Made by a program: the position numbers and the translations under genes | Part shown: piece by piece, positions 37,946-60,219 of the stretch | Layout: every line of letters begins with the position of its first letter | Numbering within the stretch: the stretch's first letter is position 1 | The notes under the pieces: model-generated | Told to the model about the DNA's origin: nothing | The model's database searches: none | Seen by the model: only the letters and a program-made list of their open reading frames with translations | Source: Amoebidium appalachense | Taxonomy: Eukaryota; Protista; Ichthyosporea | Length of the DNA stretch: 64,000 nucleotides | Direction: 5' to 3' | Assembly: GCA_963693365.1 (NCBI GenBank) | Contig: CAVNZM010000002.1 | Coordinates: forward strand, 6,025,443 to 6,089,442

Positions 37946-38624
37946 AAAAAAAAAAAACAGCCCCTCAACCCCCGTTTCCCTTCTCCCCCCCCCCCCCCTC
38001 CCTTCCCCCCCCCCCCCCCCCCCTTCCCCTCCTCCTCCCCGGTTCCCCTCCCCTCTCCAACCCCACCTTCAACCACTCCCTCTCACTGCCCCACCATTCC
38101 TCTCCCCCGTCCCGCCCCCTCCCATTCTCCCCCCCTCCCCCCCCCTCTCCCCCCCCATCCTCCCCCTCCGCCCTCCCCCCCCCCCCCCCTCCCTCTCTCC
38201 ATGCACCCACCTAGTGAGTAGACCATGCAGCTGCAGTATCTGCACATAGGTCATACCGTCACGACCCATCCTCAGCAGTGACTGTAGCTCTTCGCTGCGC
38301 AGACTGAATAGCGGACAGTCAGGGGGGGGGGGGGGGGGAGCATGGGTGGGTGTGAAACGTGGGGATGCAAAGGGAGGGAGGGAAGGAGGGGAAGGGGGGA
38401 GGGGGGAGGGGGAAGGAAGGAGTTACGTGCATATCTGTGAGTGTGCGGGTGCGCGCACGTATGGGTTTGTGTGTGTGTGTGTGTGTGTTTCTGGGGGGAG
38501 GGGGTAGTGGTGTGTGTGGCCGGCGCTAAGGGGGGGGGGGGGGGGGGTTGTGTACATGTGTGTGGGGATTGGGGTAGGTTTGGGGCAGGGGGAGGGGGAG
38601 GGGGGAAGGGGGGGGGGGGGGGAC

Positions 38625-38715
<91 letters not shown>

Positions 38716-38910
38716 ACGTGCCAAACAACACCATCCAATTCTTGAAGACGATGTTGCATGTATCCGGCCATATGGGTGTGCCTGGTGTGCGACGGTGTGG
38801 ATGTGCCCTGGTGTGGACATCGAATATGCAACTGTCCGAAAACACCTTCTAACTTCGAGCATATCTCAGAAACACAGAAACACATACCGTCTTAAAAACA
38901 GACTTTTTGT

Positions 38911-38941
<31 letters not shown>

Positions 38942-39561
38942 AGGGGGGGGGTTTGAGGTTCGGGTTGGGGGGGGGGGGGGGAGGGGGGGGGGTTGGCTCC
39001 TGTTACACTTACCAGCCACGGCGCATGACCAGCTCCATAACCACAGAGTGCACGGGCTGGTAGAAAGACCTCACCACCACCCTTACAAGGTCGTAGCACA
39101 CGGCAGGTACTGAGAAGGGAAGTGTGCGGGTGAGTAAAATGCAGGGAACTACATAGATGCAGAGAAGTGATGGTAGGCGGAAGAGGTTGTGTGTTTTAAA
39201 CAAGACGGTTTATATTGTTAAAGGTTTGAAAGGAATATGGCATGACGGAAGGTAGAGGTGGGGGGGAGAGGGGGGGGAGGGAGAGGAGGGAGTGGGGGTA
39301 CATGCACCAGGAACTACTGGAGTCTGAGAACGAAAAAAACCGTAGTAGGGGGAGAAAAATGTGGAGAGGGAGAAGGGGGAGAGGGGGTTCGGACGGGGTC
39401 GTGGTCAGGTGCCGGGGAAGAGGGGAGAGCAGAGGGAGCGAAAGAGGAGGGGTTGGGGGGAGAGGGGGCGGGGGCGGCTGGGGGAGGGGATATGGGGGAT
39501 ACGGGGAGGGAGAGGTGGAGGGAGCGAGCCGGAGGTGGGGGTGCATACTTTGACTGTCCAT
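33605..39561 (-). CDS. GTF2E1: General transcription factor IIE subunit alpha (TFIIE-alpha/Tfa1)
   Basis: MDSQ / IPAVCYDLVRVVVRSFY (winged-helix start) / ...YYYVDFKKFIEAVTYR...YICPKCNNQYLDLD...DLVCHVCKTTLEE (Zn ribbon)...QMKPITDLLKQ / C-terminal VLVQVCG...VTE / LMTEAEYDAY. Splice sites are canonical. Confidence 0.9.
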
Positions 39562-40299
39562 GGTTGCTGTTGGCCAGTGGGCAGTCTGCAGAGTTTACTT
39601 TCTGGCACACACACAGAGGGTCCCTGCCCTTCAAAAAGGACAAAACAAATGAAACGATGTTACTGAAACGGCATGCTTTTAAATGTGCCTTCTACTCTGA
39701 GTTCCTTGACAGACTCAACCAAGACGGGGAAACTACTGTGTCCAGAACACCACGCATAACTCGCTTGGGAAGATCGACTCCAGGTCAAAGCCTTCCTCCT
39801 GGTGAAGTGATTGTTTCTGCTCTGCCGTTATAATGCCATAGCTAAACGTTATATGGCTCGGCATTAGGCCGCTCTAAATACAGCGCCTGTTGACTCAGTA
39901 TTCTGCGTTAGAAGCGTAAAACAGTATAATACTCACTCCCAGAAAGCACAGGCCTTTTCAACCCCTCTAAAACGTCAGTTGCTTGGCCCACTGAAGAGGC
40001 TCAGATTACGCAACTTCACAAAAGCTATTTATAGCTTATTAGAATATATTTAGAAAAAGCAATTGCGGAATGCTAAGATAACGATACACCAATCACAACA
40101 AAGCGATTCGGATAAACTGCATACTTCTGTCAAAACAGCAACATTTCAAGTTTCAAACGCCAGATAAATTTTCATTGCCAAGTGTTTCTGAGGAAAAGCA
40201 GCGCCAGCCTGCCACTCAACAAGCCCTGGGCAAGGCCCGTTTGGAAAGCAGTGTTGAGCTGAATTGCTTAATTCACATCTATCAATGCGCTTGTAAAAC

Positions 40300-41220
<921 letters not shown>

Positions 41221-41440
41221 TCATCTGGGGGAGAAGTTCTCCCCCCTTCCCCCCCTCCTCCCCCCCCCCCCCCTCAATAGTAGTTCCCTCTCTCTCGTTT
41301 GCTCTTTCTCTCACGCTCACACAAACACGTGCACATGTAGCACACACAAACTCTCTCTAGTCTAGCCCCTCCCCCTCTCTCCCGGGCCCCTCCCCTCGCA
41401 CCCACTCCTACTTCTCTTTCAAATTCTCCCCCTTTCTCTC

Positions 41441-41482
<42 letters not shown>

Positions 41483-41694
41483 GTATGTGTGTGTGCAAAT
41501 GTGTATCTCAACCGAGTCATCTTGCCTTCTGATTTCCCTCCTGTACGTGGTGACACTGAGGTACACACGCACACCTTAGGCTACCCACGCACGCACACAC
41601 GTGCACATTCGCACTCTCACTCGCACACCCCCACACACACAAACATGCATAGTGGCACACGCGCACGCACGCACACGCACACACGCACACGCAC

Positions 41695-41764
<70 letters not shown>

Positions 41765-43048
41765 CTGTTAATGTCCGTGTCACACGGTGGTCACGGGGCC
41801 TGCACCTTGAACTGAATTCCAAATGGCGGTGAATGAAGGACAAGAATGTTCAGCGCACACACGCTCGCTCGCACACACGCACCTTGCGTGGCAGCACGCA
41901 GATCGTGCTTGAGGCCTTGAATCTCAGATGCGTGCGTGCATGTGTACCTACGTGCTTGTAGGAAAGCTGTCCTGCTACGTGTGAATGATTCGGACAGCCT
42001 GGATGGGTGTCCGGGTTGTGTAGCGGCACCGGGACCCGGGTGCCCGGTGTAGTCTCCAAGGATATGTACCACTGGCTTACCGTAAGTGGCCGGGCACTAC
42101 TACGGCGGCAACAACAACAACAACAAAAAAAAAAAAAAAAAAAAAAGACCGCAGGGAAGACAGCACTCATCAAGTGACTATATAAGCCCGGTCCATATGC
42201 ATGCCACCCCCCGGGACCTGGAGTCCGGCGAACGTAGCCATCTATAAAATCAGCCAATCACAGATGACTCATCTGAGCGAAGCAAAAAAGCCAGGTTATC
42301 AACTTCAGGGTAGGGATTACGAACGAAAATCGTCGTAATTACGATTACGAGAGACCCCGATACGAATAAGGTTAGGGTGCCGTCGTAACAGCTTTCGTAT
42401 CAGGTGTTTAGCGTAAAATATGCTCGACTATCTAATTTTGCCTATTTTTTCAATATTTCTGTTCAAGAACCTATCTGCAGCTCTCTTGCTGTGCAATATC
42501 GAGCCCCGACCAGTGCTCAGGGCCTGTAATCCTGCAATACTCAATTTGTAAATATGCGCATTGTGGAATTTTTGACTGGAGGGGCGTTTTCGACGGGGCT
42601 GAACGCTCCACAAGAACCCCCCCATTACGATTAAGAAATAGTCCGTTACGATTGGCCCAAGGGCCATACGGTTAGGCTGGTCAACCCCAGCCCAACCCTG
42701 ATCAACTTGAGAGCGGATTTTTCCGCCTATGGACGTCTCAACGCCTCTTACTTTGTTTTGTAGCGATCTCGTGCTATCTTGTAAGATAGCTTTTAGGTAA
42801 ATGGGGGACTAGTAAGGTAGCTTTATGTTGGCGCGGTACCCTCTTGCTATGGTGCCGCCGTGAATTTGAGGCGCGACTCTGAGTCCGGGTTGCACAGAGC
42901 CTTTGTTGTATGTTCAACTCGGTGGTGCCACACAAGCCCGACCATAACCCCGTTTTTACGGTAAAAAATACCCAGAAACTTTTGAAAATACCAACAAAAT
43001 TTCGGTTCATGGTAAGCCTCCCGAGGTTTCATGGTAAGACATGGTAAG

Positions 43049-43104
<56 letters not shown>

Positions 43105-43469
43105 CCCGCCCGCCCGGCCCCCATGCATATGGCTGCGTATTATAACACAACACATGTGGTAAACCATGATATCATACGTATGTTATGTGGCTCACCGATC
43201 TGGTTTTTGATTGGTGAGGCTGGATGGCATTCCTGTCCCACAATCACGGCTACGAAATTGCTTTGGTATAAAAGCAATTCGGTAGGTCAGTTCATCTGGG
43301 GAATGATTGCCGGTAATGGTGATCTGGCACAATAAATGGTTGCGCCTTTCAATGACGTACACCAGCCCGCCACATAGTAACAGTAAGCCAAGCTCCCAAA
43401 AGAGCGACCGCGAGCCGGACACGACAACGTATACAGGCATCACATGATACGGATATTCCAAAGTAGTGG

Positions 43470-45400
<1,931 letters not shown>

Positions 45401-45756
45401 AGAGAGAGAGCGAGAAATGGCCAAAGAGAGTCGGAGGGAGTAAGCATCAGTTTGTGTGTGCATGTCACGGTACACATCATGTGTGTGGCCCAGATAGTGT
45501 GTGGTCGTGTATGAGCATGTGACTCAAAAGACTTGGAGGGTGATCTAACAAACGAACAAACAAACAAAAAAGAGACGGGAAATCATGTGCAGGGGAGGGG
45601 GGAGGGGGGGGGGGGAGACAGGAACGGATTAGGGAGGAAAAGACAGAGTGAAACTCAGGAGGAAAGACTTAAGGGGGGGGGGGGGGGGGGGGGGGGCTGG
45701 AGAAAAGGGAAAGGAACGTTCGGGGAGTCAGGGTACTAAGGGGGAGCACTTCGTGT

Positions 45757-45787
<31 letters not shown>

Positions 45788-45893
45788 GATGGTTGGTTTG
45801 TGGTGGGGAGCCCGGGGGACAAGGGGTGGGGGAGAGGGGACTGTAAGGCCTTTACACCACGGGAATGCCGGAGGGGGTGGGGTGTGTCTGTAT

Positions 45894-45938
<45 letters not shown>

Positions 45939-46439
45939 GAGGGATGTAACTCCAGATTTTCGGAGTTTCATCAGAGATAGAAGACATGTGCTGTATCCAA
46001 CAATTTCATTTCAAAGTGGGGGCCTTCTCTTTTCGTTCCGCATTACACAGTGTTGAGACGATACTAGACTCAGTCTCCTACTTACATGTACATATTCTTA
46101 CCTTTATACGACTCTAAAATTGTTGTTAAGAGAAAAAAACGAAGGGAAAAAAGGATCATCATGATAACGAGGGGAAGGGGAGGAAAAAAAAAAAGAAAAA
46201 AAAAAAAAAAAAAAGAGAAAAAAACTTATTCACTGAAACACTTCTGTATCTTTTTAAGGCCAACAAAACGGTATCAACCACAACACGTGTTATGTTTTAC
46301 ATATATCAGACTGTATTTCTTTTTGCCATAGTATTGATGGAAAATGCTGATGCTATTTATCAACGTTGTTTAGTCCCACTTTGCGTGCGTCACCATCTAT
46401 TCAAGTTAGATTGATCTGTGCTGGGGCCCGGGAGCTCCA

Positions 46440-46690
<251 letters not shown>

Positions 46691-47430
46691 AAGGTATATG
46701 GAGAGAAGGAGAGAGAGGGAGAGACAACCCACACAAACACATATGCACATATATATTATAAAACACGAAGCATCACATACACACATCTGCGCGTGCGCGC
46801 ACGCCCCTCATAAGACATATGCCCGCAAGATACGGAGCCAACTCCCGAGGTTGGATTGCGCAAACAGTGCCCCGCCAAATGACATGGTACGAAAAATACC
46901 ATAACCCGAAACCCAAAATTCATCGGGGCTTGAAAAAATACCATCAAAATTTTCTGAATTTTCGGGCTTGGCACTGCCACACACGGGCTTTCTGCTTTTT
47001 TGAATTCGCTGTCCCTGCACCGATTTGGGGCCAATAAACATCACAGCCAATCACAAAGTGGACCCGAGTCACCCGACCATCAGGACGGATTCCTGAAGCT
47101 TAAGGAAACAAAAAATCCGCTCGTCGCCGCTCACTCTCGGCCTACAGCCGGAGATGACTTCCATACAGTTGTAAAACTTTAACCGTAGAGAAGTCTTGTG
47201 AAGTTACTGGTTTTTGCACTGGCTTGCTTTCACCGCTTTCATTTGAAAAATCTTGGAAATAAGAGCTGCCTCAGAAGCTTCACGTAGCTTTATGTTAGGC
47301 TATGGTATGCGTCGATGGCGTCCAGGCAGCTGCGTAGCAAAGTTGTATAGAGCTATACTCACCTGTAACTACTGCTTTTTGCAAAAAAACATGATCCTCG
47401 GACTCACACACTCAACATAGTCACTTCAAT

Positions 47431-49554
47431 ATGCATCCTTTTTTCTGTACTCTGGCGCTAGTCGCCAGCAGCCACGCAATAACAACCACCACGGCAATCA
47501 GCTCCACCCCACCGGCCACCACAACCACCACCACCACTGCAGCCACCATCACCCCAAGCAGCGATATTTGCGAAGATGAGTTGTGCTATATGGCCACCAC
47601 AGCCGCAGGTGCATTCATATCGGCACCCTGCCCCGCGGGCTACAACCTCACGTTCACGTGGACCAGTGACCCTGCCGCTGTGACGTGGGGCCAGGATTTA
47701 ATTCTTAACGCGTGGTGGATGCTCGCAGCCAACACAAGTGTGCCCGGGTATGTGCCTGAAGCGCAGTATGGGCGGGGCCTGCAGGTTGCCGAGGCCAACC
47801 TTGTTGTTTGCAACACCAGCACGGCGGAGGGTCAGCAGTGCCCAAACGACTACACGCCAAACACAACCCTGTGGTCCCCAGCGGCACAGCCAAACACGGC
47901 CCTCTCCGTATCGCCTATACAGCGTGTAATTGCGGAGCCAAGCGATCCCGTGAAAGCGGCTGATGTTTCTTTGTTCAACTACACGGCCACCCAAACGTTT
48001 ACGGTGCTCAACTACACCGACAACCTGGTTGTGGTGCCTCGTATGGTTTTTTACGACAGTAATGGCACCGCCTGGATGATTACACGGCGCTGTGACCCGG
48101 CTATAGCGGTTACACCCGGGGTTACTCCCCCCGCACCCACCCTCACCGCGGAGGTGCAGTGGACCGTTATCGTCGTCATATCTATCGGCCTCCTTATTGC
48201 AATTTGCATCATTGCAATCCTTTTCGTCAAGTACCGTAGGTTGGTGGGGGAGTCAAAGGAACTACGCCTGCAAAAGTACCCCCGGGATAAACCCCATGCA
48301 AGCAGTAGTCCATCGGCTCTGGATGCTGTGTGTGGGCACAGTGGGCCCCTACCGCGCAACACCTTCATAGCACTAGAGCAGGTGGGCCAGGGGGAGTTTG
48401 GCAGTGTCTACAAGGGCGCTGTGTTCTACCGCGGCCAGGCGGCACTAGTGGCCATTAAGACTCTCAAACCGAAACATGCAGAGATGCAGAGTGAGTTTGA
48501 GCGGGAGGCGGAGATCATGAAGCGGCTGAGCCACGAGCACATAGTGCGCCTTGTGGGTGTGGTCGAAGCCACAGAGGGCGAGCCCCTATGTCTGCTGATG
48601 GAGTTTATGCCCGGAGGTAACCTTCTTAACCACTTACGGGCTAGCCCAGGCCCTCCCTCCTTGCGCGAGGCACTGTGGTATGCACAGAGCATAGCACAGG
48701 GCATGCAGTACCTTGCCTCCCAGTGCGTGGTGCATAGGGACCTTGCTGCACGCAACTGCATGCTCGGGGCACCCACACTGCACTCGGGGGGCCTGCCCGT
48801 AGTGAAGATATCGGACTTTGGGCTTGCACGTGCACACACGGACAAGGCATACTACCAGATGGGCGGGGATGAGCTGCTGCCTCTGAGGTGGCTGGCTGTG
48901 GAGGCCATGACGGAGAGGAGGTTCACTCAGGCCTCGGATGGTTGGGCATTTGCAGTCACAGTGTGGTATGTACACTGGCATTCAGCATATTTTTTCCTCC
49001 TTATGAATGCAAGCCCTGTGTGGGCACACACACAGTGATGCACACACCTACCCACACGAAAACACAACATACACACAGACCCACAGACACACACGTACAC
49101 ACACAATCACACATACACACACGTGCAGGCGCACGCGCATGTGCCCATGCATGCAACACATTGGCAGGCTCACAGGCCGCACTGCCGCACAGTCGCACAT
49201 ACATACGTTCCCGTGGCAGCCGCCATCACACGGCTCACTCGGCACACACACACACACAGTAACAGGCACACGCACCCCGTGATATATACACACAAACCGT
49301 GCACACGTACGGATGCACGTGCACGCACACGCGCACACACACACCGTGCACATACATATGTGTGCGCGCACACACGTACACACACTCGCACGCAAACAAG
49401 CAAAACCACATGCACACACCGTGCAAATACACACAAGTAACACATCACACACTCGCACATACAAACACACAAGCATGTGCGCACACACACACATACCGTG
49501 CACATACACAGGCGTACGCACACACACACCTTGCAAAAACACAAGTCAAACATG

Positions 49555-49599
<45 letters not shown>

Positions 49600-49790
49600 C
49601 ATACGCATACGCATACACACACACAAACACCGTCCACATACACACACAAACCGTGCACATACATGCAGACGTGTGTGCGCACACACACACACCTTCCAAA
49701 TAACTCGACACACATCACACACCAGGCACGCACACAGGTGCATGCATACACATGCACACGCATGTGCACGCAAGCTCGAACACATATACG

Positions 49791-49845
<55 letters not shown>

Positions 49846-49976
49846 GCGCGCGCGCGCGAGCATCTATATACTCATCGTGCACATACACACACCTGCGCAC
49901 ACACCCTGCAAGTACACACAAATCACACATCACACAAACCAATACATAAACATACACACACATGCATATGCACACA

Positions 49977-50012
<36 letters not shown>

Positions 50013-50058
50013 TGTGCACATGCACAGGTATGCACGCGCACGGGCACGGATATACAGA

Positions 50059-50134
<76 letters not shown>

Positions 50135-50231
50135 TATTGTGCACTTACACAGGCATGCAGACACACGTGCACGCATGCGCCTTCACGCGCACGGGCACGC
50201 ACATGCGTGCGGGCACCCGCGCGCGTGCGCA

Positions 50232-50281
<50 letters not shown>

Positions 50282-50892
50282 ACACACGTGTTTTCAATCA
50301 TACCTTATCTACAGTCACACGTACATTTCCTACAGTTTCCACACGACCACATCACTTTCCCTCCTACAAACACACACATCACCCCTTTCCAACCACTCAC
50401 CCTTTCTATGCCCACAGGGAGATACTTACAGGTGGTGAGGTGCCCTACACCGGCCTGCAGACATACAACCTTGCGGCGTCTATTGCTTTGGGCCTACGTC
50501 TACCGTGCCCCCACACCTGCCCCCCCGCCCTCTACTCGCTCATGGCTTCATGCTGGCACACGGACCCCTCCCAACGCCCCACGTTCACCGATATGGTGAC
50601 CCAACTCGAAACACTTTCGAATGTTTTTTCTTCCGCTTCGCAGCAAAAGTTATACGAAATAGAGAACCCATATCCAAGCATGAAAGACGTTTTAGTCCCC
50701 ATGGAACCGTCCCCCCTCACATACACAGAGGTGCGGTCGGTTGTTTCGGAGTCGTTATTGGAACCCCCCAAAAACCCATACGAGGTTGAAATTTCCGTTT
50801 CGCCTATGGGGGCTATTCCGTCAATTTCATTTGATGATGAGCAGTATGTGAAACCAGAGTCTTGCTCGTATGCAATGAGCGGGCAGCAGTAG
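47431..50892 (+). CDS. Receptor tyrosine kinase (signal peptide, Thr-rich stalk, Cys-containing ectodomain, TM helix, TK domain, Tyr-rich tail); 2 exons, 47431-48965 and 50418-50892
   Basis: N-terminal hydrophobic signal; TM WTVIVVISIGLLIAICIIAILFV followed by KYRR; GQGEFGSV, VAIK, TK-specific HRDLAARN, DFG, LPLRWLAVE. The TG|GTATGT...CACAG|G splice restores W-EILT...PY...CW...RPTF. Confidence 0.95.
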
Positions 50893-51199
50893 TGTGGCAT
50901 TTAAGTACGGTTGTCGCATTTTAACTTTTAAAATATAGTTAAATTTCTAGTGTGGCATGATCAGTTAGACACCCACACGTGTGCCAATGTAACAAAGTAA
51001 CCACTAAGCAGGGCATTTGATGTAACAGCCCACCAGTAGGGTAATTTTTATTAATAGATTGCTCATGTCCTGACAGTGTAGGCATGATTGAGTTTTGCCC
51101 AACTAATTCTTAACGGCCGCTTACAATTGGTTTTTTAAAACTACAGATAGCGTCCGCGAATAAGAACCCCCCAAAATGTGGCCGGGTGGCGGAATCTTA

Positions 51200-52886
51200 T
51201 TTTTTTTTTTTTTTTGACTGCATTTATTCGACGGAAAGATATGCAAGTACGCACGGCATACTGAGAAGACAACAAAAACTTCACGAGTTATCCAGTAACA
51301 AGTGCATACTGAAATACCTGAACATTGTGTGAAAATCATATAAATACTCAATGTGACGACCAACAGAATTCAACAAAAAGTCTAAAGTGTTTTTTAAGCC
51401 AGCCAGTGTAGCAGACACCCGTAGGGAAAGAGGTAAAACGCGACATAAAAACTCACACCTATCAACATGCTTTCGAACAAAAAGTTCAGCACAAAAGTGG
51501 CACCAGCGGCGATGGAAACAAGAATTTCAACGCCACTGCACAACTTCCCAGGCAATATCAACATCAGAGCACCATACAGACTTATCCACTAGTGTGGTGT
51601 CCATACGTACAGCAGCAGAAATGTATCCTGCCAAAGCTCCCAAAAAGCGATCATGATCAGTACGGTGTTGCCTAAGGAACATAACACATGCCGACTGAGT
51701 TTTACCTTTCATTTCTCTATCAGAACGAGAAAGAAACTTATACTGTGTATGGTAATAACTCGAAAAGGCAGAAAAAACAGGAAGAGAAAAGAAAGAGGGA
51801 GTGAGATAGCGAGAGGAAGGTGTATCAGGTTGAAAGACGGTAGGCTGAGGACATTCAGAAGTGGCGTTGGTGAATCGGGAGGGAAGAAGGATGGAGAGAG
51901 GGGGGGGGAAAGAAAGCATAAAGAGGGTGACCATCAGGTATCCTAACTAAATGAAAACAAAAACGAAGAGACAATTCCTCCATACGACAAACAGCAGACG
52001 ACAATCCAAACATACTAATTAAGGGAGGCACAACCCGTCGGCAAGTACAACAAGTGCGCAGCGCACTGGCAGTACCCTGAAATTGGTCGAACTCTTTCAG
52101 CGCCACGGCCGCCTCGCGAGGTGGGGCGCAGGCCAATAGCGGAATTCCATATTCGAAAGTCGGCCGTAAAAAAGTTTTATAGTAGAGAAGAAGGTTTGCA
52201 GGATGGATCACAGACTCCCGGCCCGTTAAAACACATTTGACGCGATGTGAAGTTTACCCTTCGCACGAGCGATCCGTGCCGTGGGGAGCTTGCGGAAATC
52301 AATACCCCGTGCAGTAAAAGGAATACCCAAATAGTCATAGGTGCTCTGAACAGGAATAGGAAGACCGGCCAATCAAAACGAAGCGTTTTTCAAAAAAGTA
52401 GCACACTTTGCAATTCCGACTGTCATGAGATTCTTGGTGCACCATTGATCCACCAGGTCCTGACGAAGCATATGGTGCATGACGTCTTCGGTCAAGGAAC
52501 AAAGAACAATATCGTCCGCAAAAAGGAGACCCGGTACACGGCGGGTATGCAGTTGGCCAAAAGGTTCGAGGGCGCAGGCTAAATCGTCGATGAAAACGTC
52601 AAACAACAACGGACTCAGGAGGGACCCCTGCGGAAAACCCCGAGAATGAGAAAAACCGGGTGTTAATGTTCCAATGACCGCTGCTCCTCCGCGAGTGGTA
52701 TCGAACAGGGCTTGCAGAAGACGGCCAAAGGGGGCTGGTAAGCCCCGCATAGCCAGCTTATGCCATAACAAACCAGTGCCTGGGTACGGTGTCGTAGGCG
52801 TTCTTAAGGTCGATGAAGACAACGTGCGGAGAGCCAGAAGTAATGGATTCATGGAGGAACAGGCTGTGGTTATAACACGATTAGGC
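51200..52886 (-). mobile_element. 5'-truncated, frameshifted non-LTR retrotransposon (LINE-like RT), copy A
   Basis: RGFPQGSLLSPLLFDVFIDDL and LLFADDIVL RT motifs. The 3' end is AATAAA plus poly(A) on the minus strand (poly-T at 51200-51215). It is colinear and highly similar to copy B. Possible TSD GAATCTT at 51192-51198 and 52913-52919. Confidence 0.9.
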
Positions 52887-53094
52887 TTAAATTTTTTGGA
52901 GGGTCGGGGTCAGAATCTTGCCCCCCCTCCCCCCCCCCCTCCCCCTCCCAGCTCCCCTATATATCTGAAGACTATCTTCTAGTGGGCTCTCAGCCCTCCC
53001 CCCCCCCCTCCTCCCCCCCCGGGGGCCCTACTTCAGCGGCGTATCTTTTGAGACCTCTCGTCGCCAGGCCAGGATATATACACAGACCCCCCCC

Positions 53095-53125
<31 letters not shown>

Positions 53126-54083
53126 ACACACGCACACTGCCAGTGTCACACAGATGTACACACACACACACATACACACACACAGACAGACAGACAGACA
53201 GAGAGGCACGGCCAAACAAACACCGCTCACATGTCTACATGTATATGGACCCCCCTCCCCTCCCCCCCCCACCCTCCTCGGGAAGGAGACAACGGGGGGG
53301 AATGTGGGGGGAAGGGGGGGGAGGGGGGGGGGGAGCTGACGCACCCAAAACACAACCTCTTTCGCAGAGTAACGAATGAAAGTTGGTTCAAAAGAACGAG
53401 ACATATTTCAGTGGTGCTGGCACTGGTACGAACGACATTGGGTCCCCCAGTCAAATGTCATTACAATTTCAATTTATTGCATTTTGGGCACTACCCGTGA
53501 ATGGGTTGGAAAGGGAATCGGTAAGAACCTTTAAAAATTATTTAGCAATGCATGCTGAAAGACTCTCACGGCGCAGTGATTTACATCATGATAGTGACAT
53601 GGCATATACAGCATTCGTTTTTTTGGGATATTTCATTCATGCATTCTGACATTATTGCGTGCTCTTTACAAAGATACATAAAGTGGAAAAACACCCCCCT
53701 CCCCTATCCTCCCTCCCCCCACCCCCCAACACACACACACATGCACACACAAAAAATATACAAAATAACAATAAAGCACAAGGGAGAAAGAAGAGTGGTG
53801 GAGCCTGAGTCATTATAAAAACAAACCAAAAAAATACAAGGGGAATAAAAGATTTGAGTAAAGTACAGAGCGAGGTTGGAGGCGAATCGCTCATATAAAA
53901 CATGCACAATGCTACCAAAACCTGTAGTATCTCTCTCACTAACTATACGCCGTCCCTTTCCATCACATATTTAGTAATTAGCACACCATACACACGAGAA
54001 AAGCAATACCTAATGGGTTCAGCAGCACGGAATGTGTGTACGGCTGGAGGGGGGTGGGGGTGGGTGGGTGGGTGGGTGGGTGG

Positions 54084-54132
<49 letters not shown>

Positions 54133-54224
54133 TTCATGGACGCAGTGAAAAAGGAACTAATGAGCCTCTCAGACGCAGTGGCCGCAGGTGCAGGTCGGAT
54201 GATGTGTCCCCCTCTATGGCTGTG

Positions 54225-54280
<56 letters not shown>

Positions 54281-54499
54281 TGTGTGTGTGTATTGTGTGT
54301 CTGTGTGGTTTGTGTGTGTGTGTTGTGTGTGTGCGCGCGCCCGAGCACGCTGGTGCGTGCGAGCACGCTAGTGCGTGTGTGCATGTGCGTTCACCTGCGT
54401 GTCCTTGCTCGTGCGTATGTGTGTGTGGAGACACCTTGTGTTTTAGTGGGGTTGGGGGCCCCGGGGGAGGGGCAGGGGGGGAGGAGGAGGAGAGGGGGG

Positions 54500-59931
<5,432 letters not shown>

Positions 59932-60219
59932 GGTGGCAGGGGGGAGGGGATTATTATTCTGCACAATTACGGCAAGGGGTACATGAGAGGTCACTATGGT
60001 GCACGTAGTGTCATTAAAGGCGATGTTCCATCTACTACTGTTAGTTGCTAATGTATAAAGTAAACGAAGTTATTTAGAAATATTCATTTCCGATGGTTTC
60101 TTTCGCTCTTTAAACAGCACATTCCCTCCGCTTTCAACTCTCCGAGTGAGTCTCATATGATGCGACCATGTCTCATAAACTTCCAAAAGGTTTACGGGGA
60201 CAGAGCATTGGTGGTTGGC

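Noticed and set aside
53330-53660. Non-repetitive ORF-like segment (also 43120-43460 and 8200-8780)
   Set aside because: No recognisable motif or consistent splice chain, so a gene call cannot be supported.
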